This document shows positions 1-8,309 of a stretch of 64,000 nucleotides of DNA, in pieces. The DNA comes from Chlamydiia bacterium (GTDB lineage Bacteria > Chlamydiota > Chlamydiia > Chlamydiales > JAAKFQ01). Each line of letters opens with the position of its first letter. The stretch's first letter is position 1. The position numbers were made by a program, and so were the translations under genes. The stretch lies in contig JBDNIV010000017.1 in NCBI GenBank assembly GCA_041688145.1, forward strand, positions 35,682 through 99,681. The letters run 5' to 3'. The notes under the pieces were generated by a model that was not told the DNA's origin, searched no databases, and was given only the letters and a program-made list of their open reading frames with translations.

Positions 1-1
1 C

Positions 2-187
2 ACTGAAAAAGTTTATGTCTACGCAGCACATAATCTTACAAGAAGCCCACTTCCAAAAGACTTAGGTGAAGTCATAGAACTCATAGCGCTTCCCTTTACA
101 AAAGCTTTAGAGAAAGTAAAAAATGGAGAGATCAATGATGCAAAAACAGCTTTTGCCCTTTTGCAATATGCTACTCTTTTCCCTTAG
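2..187 (+). CDS. NUDIX hydrolase (ADP-ribose pyrophosphatase-like), 3' partial
   Basis: Not in ORF track. Frame 2 reads TEKVYVYAA...GEVIELIALPFTKALEKVKNGEINDAKTAFALLQY...FP* (TAG 185-187). GEIxDAKT is typical of NudF-type C-termini. Confidence 0.75.
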   Translation, partial: TEKVYVYAAHNLTRSPLPKDLGEVIELIALPFTKALEKVKNGEINDAKTAFALLQYATLFP

Positions 188-914
188 ACTCTTCTTCGAA
201 AAAGCGGATAATAGCTTTCTTTTTCACAATAGGCTTAATTGAAATAGGCGCCCTTCTGCCTACAGACTCTGGTAAGGTGATTTCAATGGTTGGTTCTAAA
301 GATTCAAAGTTAACAGTACTTTGAGCTCTTGATGAGCCCTTGTTGGCTATTTTTTGTGCATAGGGAAAAACAAGATGCTGCGTTTTTTTACAAGTTGGCT
401 TTGCCTTAGGAAAGAAAATATTTTTTGGTTTAGCCATACATAAGCCACCCATAATAAGCTCTTCACCTTCATAGGCATCTTCATCTACAAGCACTCTGCA
501 ATCTGAGCGTAATGCCTCTACTGAAGCTTCTAAAGTAAGCTCTGATCTCTTTTGGCAATCTTTTTGAAAACGGTTATGGTAACAGTTAATAAGGCTTTTA
601 ATGCCTTTTGTGATTTTTCGAGTAAGGCTTTTTTTCAAAATAGCCATGCCCTTTTGAAAGCGCTTATCTGGAAAGGGAATAATAAGAGATCTATTTTTAA
701 GTCTTAAGGCTACAGCCTCTAAAGATAGCCCCTCCAGGGAAATCACTTTCCAGCCTAATGCTTTAAGTTCTTCCAAAGCTTTTGGATATCTCGGCTCAAT
801 AAAGACAAGCGTATGGCTTTTTTTATCTAAAATAGACTCAACTCCCTGAAAAAGAGGCTGCTGTCCCTCAAAGAAAAGTATTGTCGCTCTCATGTTTAAG
901 GCCTTAAAAGTCAT
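171..914 (-). CDS. hypothetical protein
   Basis: 247-aa ORF with no recognised motif; overlaps the NUDIX 3' end convergently. Confidence 0.6.
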   Translation of the reverse strand: MTFKALNMRATILFFEGQQPLFQGVESILDKKSHTLVFIEPRYPKALEELKALGWKVISLEGLSLEAVALRLKNRSLIIPFPDKRFQKGMAILKKSLTRKITKGIKSLINCYHNRFQKDCQKRSELTLEASVEALRSDCRVLVDEDAYEGEELIMGGLCMAKPKNIFFPKAKPTCKKTQHLVFPYAQKIANKGSSRAQSTVNFESLEPTIEITLPESVGRRAPISIKPIVKKKAIIRFFEEESKGKE

Positions 915-1144
915 TTAACTCTCGAGGTTAGCATAAGGCCCATCAACCGACAAGATGGAAATGTATTAAAAAAAAGATTCTAGATTTGATGCCCTAATTA
1001 TCAAAATGCTTTTAACGCTATTTCTTCTCTTAAATCAGTGCGATATTTAAATTAAAAGAAAAATTGGTATTGATATTTTTGATTTCATCAAAATATAGTC
1101 TCTATAGACATTGAAAAAAACCAACAAAATGGAGCTCTTTTCTT

Positions 1145-1477
1145 ATGACCGCATCTTTTCATCCTACAATTGCTATAGCAAGTGCCCCTGAAGTACACGA
1201 GCGGCTACTTGCGCACGGAAGCAGCAACCAATTCCCCAAGCTCCTTGCTACTGCCGCTCAAGCTAGGGATGAGGGAAAATCTTTTTTTGAGCTAGCGCCT
1301 TTGCTCATAAAAGAACAATATAGCGTGGAAAAAGCTACTCTTAGTCAGATTTCTCCAAAAGAAGCTATCGTAGACCTTGTTGCACGTTTTGCTCAGAGTT
1401 TTCCTGAGAGCTCTACTGAAATAAGAGCTTTACTTAGAGCACTTTATGACTCTTGTGTAGCTGACATGTCAACTTAG
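1145..1477 (+). CDS. hypothetical protein (paralogue of 1579..1956)
   Basis: GGAG upstream; shares IAIA...FPKLL...AR...SFFxLA...V..FA with the next ORF. Confidence 0.7.
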   Translation: MTASFHPTIAIASAPEVHERLLAHGSSNQFPKLLATAAQARDEGKSFFELAPLLIKEQYSVEKATLSQISPKEAIVDLVARFAQSFPESSTEIRALLRALYDSCVADMST

Positions 1478-1553
1478 TTTAGGCGTTTTCAATTTTAGAC
1501 TGCTTTATATCAAGAATCTTTTAGTATTGAAATATTTTTAATCCTCATATCGC

Positions 1554-1567
1554 AGTCTATATAGACT
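1554..1567. promoter_or_regulatory. 14-bp palindrome AGTCTATATAGACT (near-copy GTCTCTATAGAC at 1098-1109)
   Basis: Perfect palindrome found at the equivalent position upstream of both paralogues. Confidence 0.4.
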
Positions 1568-1578
1568 TAATATTAAAC

Positions 1579-1956
1579 TTGAAACAAGGACTTATTCTTA
1601 TCACATCACGCCTTACTTATCCTGAAATTGCTATAGCACATCCCTCTAAAGTAACTGAAAATTTACTCAAGCAAACAGGCTTCGCTTGCTTTCCCAAGCT
1701 CTTAGTTGAGGCGGATAAAGCCCGAAATAAAGAATTATCTTTTTTCCCCCTAGCGCTCGAGCTTATGATTGCACATCAGACTAAAGAAAAAGACCTTTTG
1801 CAACAGGGAAAAATAACGACTCTTTCTCAAAAAGATACTGTACTAAAAATTGTAGCCTGTTTTGCCGATGACCTTACCAGTGAATCGAAAGAAAAAATGC
1901 GTTGTCTTGAGGAGATCTGGACAGCTTATCAAAAAATTAAGCACGGGATGTACTAA
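1579..1956 (+). CDS. hypothetical protein (paralogue of 1145..1477)
   Basis: Clear similarity to the upstream ORF. TTG start; the position equivalent to the paralogue's ATG reads ATC. Confidence 0.65.
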   Translation: MKQGLILITSRLTYPEIAIAHPSKVTENLLKQTGFACFPKLLVEADKARNKELSFFPLALELMIAHQTKEKDLLQQGKITTLSQKDTVLKIVACFADDLTSESKEKMRCLEEIWTAYQKIKHGMY

Positions 1957-2075
1957 ACAAAAATTCATCTAATTGCTTGCTTCTTACACACAGATAAAAA
2001 CCTAGCTTCATGTTTAGTTTCAATCGTTTTATGCATGTACAAAATTAGGCTTGCTTCCGGGCTTTAGACTTAGGC

Positions 2076-2336
2076 TTAGATTGCTTCAACTAGAGGCACT
2101 ATAGTATCAGGATACCCCTCTAAACGTAAAACTTGATTGATCATCTGTTCCATTGTGTTGAACCTCGTGATCAGCTCATGCTCAGAAATATGACCTTTTT
2201 GGTAATACTTGACTAAGTACCTAAAATAATCAATTAGGCGATCGGGCAAAAAGGTAGTTTCTGTGAGCATCCCAAATTCTACGATCTGTTCTTTTGCCTC
2301 ACGAATAAGGCGCTGCTTATAGATATCTTGTTCCAT
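2076..2336 (-). CDS. hypothetical protein
   Basis: 86-aa ORF with AAGG upstream and protein-like composition. Confidence 0.6.
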   Translation of the reverse strand: MEQDIYKQRLIREAKEQIVEFGMLTETTFLPDRLIDYFRYLVKYYQKGHISEHELITRFNTMEQMINQVLRLEGYPDTIVPLVEAI

Positions 2337-2374
2337 ACCTTTTTATTAACATTAATAACATTTAATTAACAAAT

Positions 2375-2418
2375 TAAATTCAATTTGATTTAATTTAAAA
2401 CAAATCAAATTGAATTTA
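2375..2418. repeat. perfect 17-bp AT-rich inverted repeat with 10-nt loop
   Basis: TAAATTCAATTTGATTT (2375-2391) / AAATCAAATTGAATTTA (2402-2418). Confidence 0.8.
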
Positions 2419-2431
2419 GAACGAAAGAAGT

Positions 2432-3352
2432 CTAAGAGCTTTTCTGAGCGCGTTTTAGAGGATCTTTAGCAAAAGCATAGATCATAAGTCCAAGGCCCAA
2501 TGCTACAAAAGGGAGGCTTAACCAAGCTCCCATATTGAGAGAACTGTCAATAACAAAGCTTTGTTCGACTTTTAAGTCCTCTATCCAAAAGCGGAAAGCA
2601 AAAACTGAAGCAATAAAAGCTCCAGCCAAAGCCCCTGAATGAAATCGCTTAAATGTTTTTCTTAATAAAGGGACTAGAAGAAACAAGCTTAAAAAGAAAA
2701 GAGCTTCATAAAGCTGAACAGGATGGCGAGCTATAGGGAAGCTGCCATCAATAGGTCTTTGAAAAACAACTGCCCACGGCAAATCACTAGCTCTGCCCAA
2801 AACCTCTTGGTTGATAAAGTTTCCACAGCGAATGAATACTCCCATAACAGCTGCTGCTGGGACAAACATATCCAAAAGAGTTAACATGCTTATTTTAGAA
2901 AAAAGCTTTTTATGCACTGTGAGTAAAGCAAAAAGAGCAATAAGTGCACCGATTACACCTCCATGACTCGCTAAGCCCCCCTCCCAAGTGCTAAAAAGAG
3001 AAAAAGGCCTTTGTAAAAAAGCAGGGAAATCATAGAAAAAGACGTGGAATAGACGAGCCCCAAGCACAACGCCAATTACTACCCAAAGCGAGAGCTTGTC
3101 AATCATTTTAGAAGCTAAGCTATAAGCTTCTTTTTTCTCTATAAGCCTTTTTCCCACTGTATTTATCTGCCGATCAGGCTGATTATCGCTTCCCTCTCGC
3201 TCTCGTATAAGGTGCTTTTTCAGCTGCTTTAAAACGATTCTATAGGCGAAAAAAAAGGCTAAAGCGAATAGAATTCCGTACCAAAAGACAGGTCTGCCTA
3301 AGTAAGGAATGGTAAAGGCTACCGGATCTGGATTCCAAATAAAAGGGTTCAT
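2432..3352 (-). CDS. lgt: prolipoprotein diacylglyceryl transferase
   Basis: WYG, GARLFHV, GGLASHGG, RCGNFINQE and RHPVQLYE motifs. Start reassigned to MNPFIWNPDP (3352). Confidence 0.95.
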   Translation of the reverse strand: MNPFIWNPDPVAFTIPYLGRPVFWYGILFALAFFFAYRIVLKQLKKHLIREREGSDNQPDRQINTVGKRLIEKKEAYSLASKMIDKLSLWVVIGVVLGARLFHVFFYDFPAFLQRPFSLFSTWEGGLASHGGVIGALIALFALLTVHKKLFSKISMLTLLDMFVPAAAVMGVFIRCGNFINQEVLGRASDLPWAVVFQRPIDGSFPIARHPVQLYEALFFLSLFLLVPLLRKTFKRFHSGALAGAFIASVFAFRFWIEDLKVEQSFVIDSSLNMGAWLSLPFVALGLGLMIYAFAKDPLKRAQKSS

Positions 3353-3772
3353 ATGAGAGTCAAAATCCTTGCTTCTGGCAAAAAGCCAGATGCGTGTTAT
3401 CAAAAGCTTCTGGCTCATTATACCAAATGCCTATCCTCCTCAGCAACCCTTGAGATTGAATACCTCAAAAATAAAGAGGCTATTGAAAAAGCCCTTAAAA
3501 AAGAGCCAAAAGCTATCTGCCTAGATGCTAAGGGTCAAGTCTTTGATAGTAAGGAATTTTCGGAAAATCTCATCCGAGAAATAGAGTCCAGAGGAGCCCA
3601 TATTACGCTCGCTATTGGTCCAGCTGAAGGCTTTGGTGATGAGGTGAAAAAGAGCCATACGCTCTGGAGTCTCTCTACACTCACCCTTCCTCACCATATG
3701 GCTCTACTGATACTCACTGAGCAAGTTTATAGAGCGTTTGAAATTAAAAAAGGATCTAGCTATGATAAGTAA
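3353..3772 (+). CDS. rlmH: 23S rRNA (pseudouridine1915-N3)-methyltransferase
   Basis: LDAKG, IGPAEGF, SLSTLTLPH and EQVYRA...G.SY SPOUT/RlmH motifs. Confidence 0.92.
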   Translation: MRVKILASGKKPDACYQKLLAHYTKCLSSSATLEIEYLKNKEAIEKALKKEPKAICLDAKGQVFDSKEFSENLIREIESRGAHITLAIGPAEGFGDEVKKSHTLWSLSTLTLPHHMALLILTEQVYRAFEIKKGSSYDK

Positions 3773-3820
3773 GCTATTTTTGGAAATCGAATATGCAAGG
3801 TATAAATTAAGGAGCACTTT

Positions 3821-4171
3821 ATGGCTAACTCTTGTGTAGAAGCCTATTTTAAGCCGATTGTCCCAGACATTGGCGGCAAGATTGTATCAACTGAGATATC
3901 TCCAGTTAAGAATTATACCCCTCGTTTTTATGAAGGTGACGGTAGAATCAAAACTTACTGGGCAGTTATGGTTACTTGTCAGTTAGACGATGCAAGTCAA
4001 GCTCATAAAGTTCATAAATTTGATATCCAACTAGAATTCCCCAAGGATAGTTCAGATGATACCATTACCACTCAATCTAAAGAAATCATTCAAAGATATA
4101 TCAGGTCAATCAATGACGTTGCTTTGTTTCAGCTATCAGCTTTTACAGCTCGCCTTGAGCATTCAAAATAA
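3821..4171 (+). CDS. hypothetical protein
   Basis: 116-aa ORF with strong AAGGAG RBS. Confidence 0.7.
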   Translation: MANSCVEAYFKPIVPDIGGKIVSTEISPVKNYTPRFYEGDGRIKTYWAVMVTCQLDDASQAHKVHKFDIQLEFPKDSSDDTITTQSKEIIQRYIRSINDVALFQLSAFTARLEHSK

Positions 4172-4172
4172 T

Positions 4173-4685
4173 CTAACTAGGTAAATGCGTCTTTAAAGCC
4201 TGAGAGAACTTTAAAAATACAAAACCTCCATTAAAAAAAGAAAGGCCCAACGAAACTCCTAGTGCATAAGCGCAATCTACCCATGGCATAAGAGCAATAA
4301 AGAGTCCTATGGCTATAGGGGCTATTAGTAATGCTATAAAAAGACGCGTATGAGGCCTTTCGTGCATCAAAAGAAACACAAGTGCTTTTGCACACGGCAT
4401 CCAAATAAATCGGGTGATCAAAAAACCTAATGCCATCCATATAAGGAGCAAAGCCAGAATTGCAAGCTCGGGGGTTATTAGCTTAGCTAAAAAAGGTAAC
4501 CAGACGAGCTTGGCCTCCCCTATTGTAGAATTGCCAGCTAAAAGAGCCTTAGAAATGGAAAAACTCTCCATAGCAAAATGGACACCTAAAGCGAGTAAGC
4601 CGAATCCAAGCGCCATCCATAAAAGGCTTAAATGGAAAATCTTTTTAGAGGGCATCTTTATCCCAATAGTATAAACGTCAAGCAA
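4173..4685 (-). CDS. hypothetical membrane protein
   Basis: About 4 hydrophobic helices, directly downstream of mgtE. True start probably MPSKK (~4655). Confidence 0.7.
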   Translation of the reverse strand: MLDVYTIGIKMPSKKIFHLSLLWMALGFGLLALGVHFAMESFSISKALLAGNSTIGEAKLVWLPFLAKLITPELAILALLLIWMALGFLITRFIWMPCAKALVFLLMHERPHTRLFIALLIAPIAIGLFIALMPWVDCAYALGVSLGLSFFNGGFVFLKFSQALKTHLPS

Positions 4686-6112
4686 GATGCGATCAGGAAG
4701 TAAATCAGCATCGACAAGAAATCATTACAAGCTGTGATGATCGGGCCTGAAGCAATCGCAGGGTCTACGCCAATTTTAGCAAAAAGTAAAGGCACTAAAA
4801 CGCCCAGTAAGCTTGCTCCAATACATGCAGAAGCAAGGCCTCCACTCACAATCACACTGATTACTCTAGGGGTAATGCCGCCTGTATCAAGGCCTATCTG
4901 ACTCAAGATATAGACAACAAGGCCACATAAAATACCAAAAATAAGGCCTGTCATAACGCCCAGTGTCATTTCTTTAATAGCGACTTTCCACTTGTTTTTA
5001 GGAGAAACAATACCAACGGCAATACCACGAACAAGAACTGTACTAGATTGCAGGCCAATGTTGCCTGAAAGCCCCATGATAAGCGGCACAAAATATAAAA
5101 ATACTTTGGGAGCGCTAGCATAGTACGACATAACTTCCATATTCACTAGGCCTGCCATTAGCGTTACTAAAAGCCAAGGCGCTCTAGAAAAAAACCGGCG
5201 CAGGCCTGATTGGTGCTCAGTGACCTTCTCCGCTGTACCTACCATGCGAGCAAGTGTTTCGTCTGTAAGATCTTCGATAGCTTCAATAACATCATCGTAG
5301 GTGATCACACCCGCAAGCTTTTCTTCATTGTCAAACACTGGAAGTGCTGAGATCTTATAGCGTTCTACAATTTCAACCACTTCTTCTCGTGTGCTATCTA
5401 GATCAACACTATGCGCTACATAGCGTAAAAGACTTTTAAGTGGCGTATCACCAGGAGAAATCAGCAAACTACGTACTGCAACATAGCCCTGCATTCTGCC
5501 CTCTTCATCCAAAATGAAAACGCAACGCGTACAATCAATTTCAGGCCGGTCGCGAATTGATGCTGTAGCTTCAGCTACTGTAGTTTCTAAAGAGAATGTA
5601 AAAAAATCACCGCTCATAAGGCGAGCGGCAGTTGTGCGCTCATGGCTTATAAGTTCTTTTATTTGAAGCGCTTTTTTAGGGTCTAAGAGATCATAAAGCC
5701 GCTTTAGTCTTCTTTCTGGGAGCTCTTCAATCAGGCTTGCAGCCTCATCTAAAGGCATAGCATCAGCAAGGCGCTTAATTTCTTTTTCAGAAAGAGCGCG
5801 TAAAATAGCGCGCCTAGTGTCGCTTTCAGCATTTATTATAAAATCTGCTCGGCGAGCCCTAGAAGGAAGATTTTCATAAATAATAAGACGATAATGAGAA
5901 GGAAGTCTAGCCGCAGCATGCGCTATATCAACAGAAGAATGCTCATAAGCTATTTTTGTAATATCTTTAAGCTTAATCCGGGATAAAGATTGGGCAAAAA
6001 CATCCTCTAATCGCTCTAGGAGCTGATCATCTAGCTGGACGGTCCGCGATTCCATAAGGCTCGTACCATAAGCCACTTCGGGCATGTCGATGGTGTCTGA
6101 TTCGTCTATCAT
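4658..6112 (-). CDS. mgtE: magnesium transporter MgtE
   Basis: N-domain, CBS pair, RAPWLLVTL, GNIGLQSST and DPAIASGPIIT..ND; AGGAGG RBS. Confidence 0.95.
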   Translation of the reverse strand: MIDESDTIDMPEVAYGTSLMESRTVQLDDQLLERLEDVFAQSLSRIKLKDITKIAYEHSSVDIAHAAARLPSHYRLIIYENLPSRARRADFIINAESDTRRAILRALSEKEIKRLADAMPLDEAASLIEELPERRLKRLYDLLDPKKALQIKELISHERTTAARLMSGDFFTFSLETTVAEATASIRDRPEIDCTRCVFILDEEGRMQGYVAVRSLLISPGDTPLKSLLRYVAHSVDLDSTREEVVEIVERYKISALPVFDNEEKLAGVITYDDVIEAIEDLTDETLARMVGTAEKVTEHQSGLRRFFSRAPWLLVTLMAGLVNMEVMSYYASAPKVFLYFVPLIMGLSGNIGLQSSTVLVRGIAVGIVSPKNKWKVAIKEMTLGVMTGLIFGILCGLVVYILSQIGLDTGGITPRVISVIVSGGLASACIGASLLGVLVPLLFAKIGVDPAIASGPIITACNDFLSMLIYFLIASCLTFILLG

Positions 6113-6231
6113 AGCTCCTCCTGATCAGCCCGGATCTTAAAGCAATTCTTAAATAAAATCAATGGCAAGAAGATAAACAGACTAATGGTTATTTTAAATT
6201 ATTTGCCCATAGTTTTGAAAATAACACTGCC

Positions 6232-6260
6232 TTGCCTAAAAACAAAGCTCTCTCTAGGAT
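6232..6260 (+). promoter_or_regulatory. putative sigma66/sigma70 promoter for TPR-yidC
   Basis: TTGCCT-17nt-TAGGAT. Confidence 0.45.
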
Positions 6261-6343
6261 AGGGCCTAAGCTTTAAGGGGATCTTTGAAAGACCTTGGGA
6301 CTTAATTAAACCTATAGATTTGAAGGATTAAAGGCTCAAATTC

Positions 6344-8305
6344 ATGCCTCTTAGACTCAAACGCAAAAAACTCTCAACACTTGATGAAACCTTTTACCTC
6401 ATGGGAGAGGCTGAAAGGAAATGGTTTCAAAGCGCATGGAAAAAGGGTCATGCTCTCTTCAGCAAAGCCCTCAAACTATCTCCAGGATTAAGTGAGCTTC
6501 ATTTTCGTAAAGCTGCTATTTTTTTCGAACTTGGCCTTTATGACAAAACACTTATGCCAATCGCAAAAAGTGCTGTTGAAGATGCCCTGAAAATTGAACC
6601 TCAAAACTATCTTATATGGCAACTTTATGGTTGGATTCTCTACGAGCTTTGGCTCATAGAGAAAACGCCCGCTTTATTTGAAAAGCTTTTAAAAGCCTAT
6701 AAAAAGGCCCGCTCTTTTGCTACTAGCTCCCAAGAAAAAGCTGATATTGATTGGGATTTGGGACTTTCTCATTTTGAGATGGGCAATCTTGCTACAGAAC
6801 CTATCGAATGGCATAAAGCTATTGAATTTTTAGAAAAAGCGCAGCCCTTTTTTAAAAAGAACCCTCGCTATTTACTAGAGCTCAGTGATGCATACCTCGC
6901 TTTTTCTAAAAAAGTACAAAGCGAGTATATCATTCAAAAAGCGCAAAAAACCTTAAAAGAACTTTGCTTAATTGAACCTGAGCAAAAAAGCCTCTATGAA
7001 GCGCGTTTAGCTATGGCCCATTTTAGGCTCTATGAGATCACTTTGAAAGAGAGTTTTCTCAATCAAGCTATCTCCTTTTTTTCAAATGTATGCACTTCAA
7101 ATGCAGACTCTGTGCCTCTTTTAATGCTTTGGAGCAAGCTCTTGTTTTTAGCCACTGAAACCAAGCAAGACCCTGTCTATTTGCAGCTCGCTATCCAGAA
7201 ATTAGAAAAAGCTAAAAGTTTAGACCCTGATAGCAGTGAAATACCACTCCTTTTAGTCGAAGGGATTACAAAACTTTCATTGTTTAACGACACACTCGAT
7301 AAAATTCCCCTTGCTACACAAGTGCTTACAGAACTAGAGAACCGGGAGTATGCTAATCCCAAATTTCTCTATGCTCAAGGCCTTTGCGCCTGCGCTTTAG
7401 GGTTTTTTCATAATAACGCTGATTTTTTCCATAGAGCTGTCTGTTTCTTTGAAGATGCCTTAGAAAAAGAGCCTGCTAATGCTTCATTTTGGCATGCACT
7501 CGGCCTGTGTCACTTAGGTCTTGCTAACATAGAAGGTTTTGAAAAAAGGTGTATTGAAAGAGCCACAACATGCTTTGAAAAAGCATATCACCTTAAGATC
7601 TCTTTAAGTACCCAGATCGATTACGCTTTTGCTCTTACTAAACTCGCTGAAATTCAAGAAGATGCCCTCCTTGCTAAAGAGGCTGTAGACATCTTTGAGT
7701 CTGCTCTTTCTAAAGAGGGGCTGAGTGCCCAAATGCATAGAGAGTGGCTTTTCCACTACGGCTGTGCACTTCGACTATACGCTACTCTAAATGGCGCTGA
7801 AACTTGCTTTTTATCTGCTATAGAGCTTTTTACCGAACAACTAGGAAAAACTAGCTTTGATCCTTCTGTACGCTTTGAGCTTGCCCTATCTATGATAGGG
7901 CTTGCTGAGCTGAGCTCTAATGCTCTTTTATTCAAACAAGCTGCAGACCACCTTGAAATAGTTACCAAAACAGATAAAGAGCACGAGCCTGCTTTTTATG
8001 AACAAGCCTTAGCTCTTATGAATTTAGCTTATATGCAAAAAGAGCCCCAGGACAAAAGCGCTCACAACCTCTATACAAGAGCTGAAAAAAAGCTTATTCA
8101 CTGCGCTCGTTTAGGTAGTCTTAGAACTTTTTATAGCTTGGCCTGCCTCTACTCTCTAACAGACCTTGATCAGACGGCCTTATTTTACTTAAAAAAGGCA
8201 AAAGACTATGGTTCTTTACCTGATAAGGAGCAGATTGAGGCCGACCCTTGGCTCGATAAGCTCAAATATTCTAGTGAATTTAAACGTTTTATTCAGGATC
8301 TCTAA
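6344..8305 (+). CDS. tetratricopeptide repeat protein
   Basis: Repeated TPR-like helices (FEDALEKEPANASFWHALG) and terminal YSLACLYSL..ALFYLKKA motif. Confidence 0.85.
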   Translation: MPLRLKRKKLSTLDETFYLMGEAERKWFQSAWKKGHALFSKALKLSPGLSELHFRKAAIFFELGLYDKTLMPIAKSAVEDALKIEPQNYLIWQLYGWILYELWLIEKTPALFEKLLKAYKKARSFATSSQEKADIDWDLGLSHFEMGNLATEPIEWHKAIEFLEKAQPFFKKNPRYLLELSDAYLAFSKKVQSEYIIQKAQKTLKELCLIEPEQKSLYEARLAMAHFRLYEITLKESFLNQAISFFSNVCTSNADSVPLLMLWSKLLFLATETKQDPVYLQLAIQKLEKAKSLDPDSSEIPLLLVEGITKLSLFNDTLDKIPLATQVLTELENREYANPKFLYAQGLCACALGFFHNNADFFHRAVCFFEDALEKEPANASFWHALGLCHLGLANIEGFEKRCIERATTCFEKAYHLKISLSTQIDYAFALTKLAEIQEDALLAKEAVDIFESALSKEGLSAQMHREWLFHYGCALRLYATLNGAETCFLSAIELFTEQLGKTSFDPSVRFELALSMIGLAELSSNALLFKQAADHLEIVTKTDKEHEPAFYEQALALMNLAYMQKEPQDKSAHNLYTRAEKKLIHCARLGSLRTFYSLACLYSLTDLDQTALFYLKKAKDYGSLPDKEQIEADPWLDKLKYSSEFKRFIQDL

Positions 8306-8309
8306 TCTT

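Noticed and set aside
8208..8309. N-terminal extension of yidC in the ORF track (likewise lgt, rnhC, acpS, the cNMP protein and the methyltransferase)
   Set aside because: Longest-ORF artefacts that mostly overlap neighbouring genes; downstream starts fit family N-termini better.
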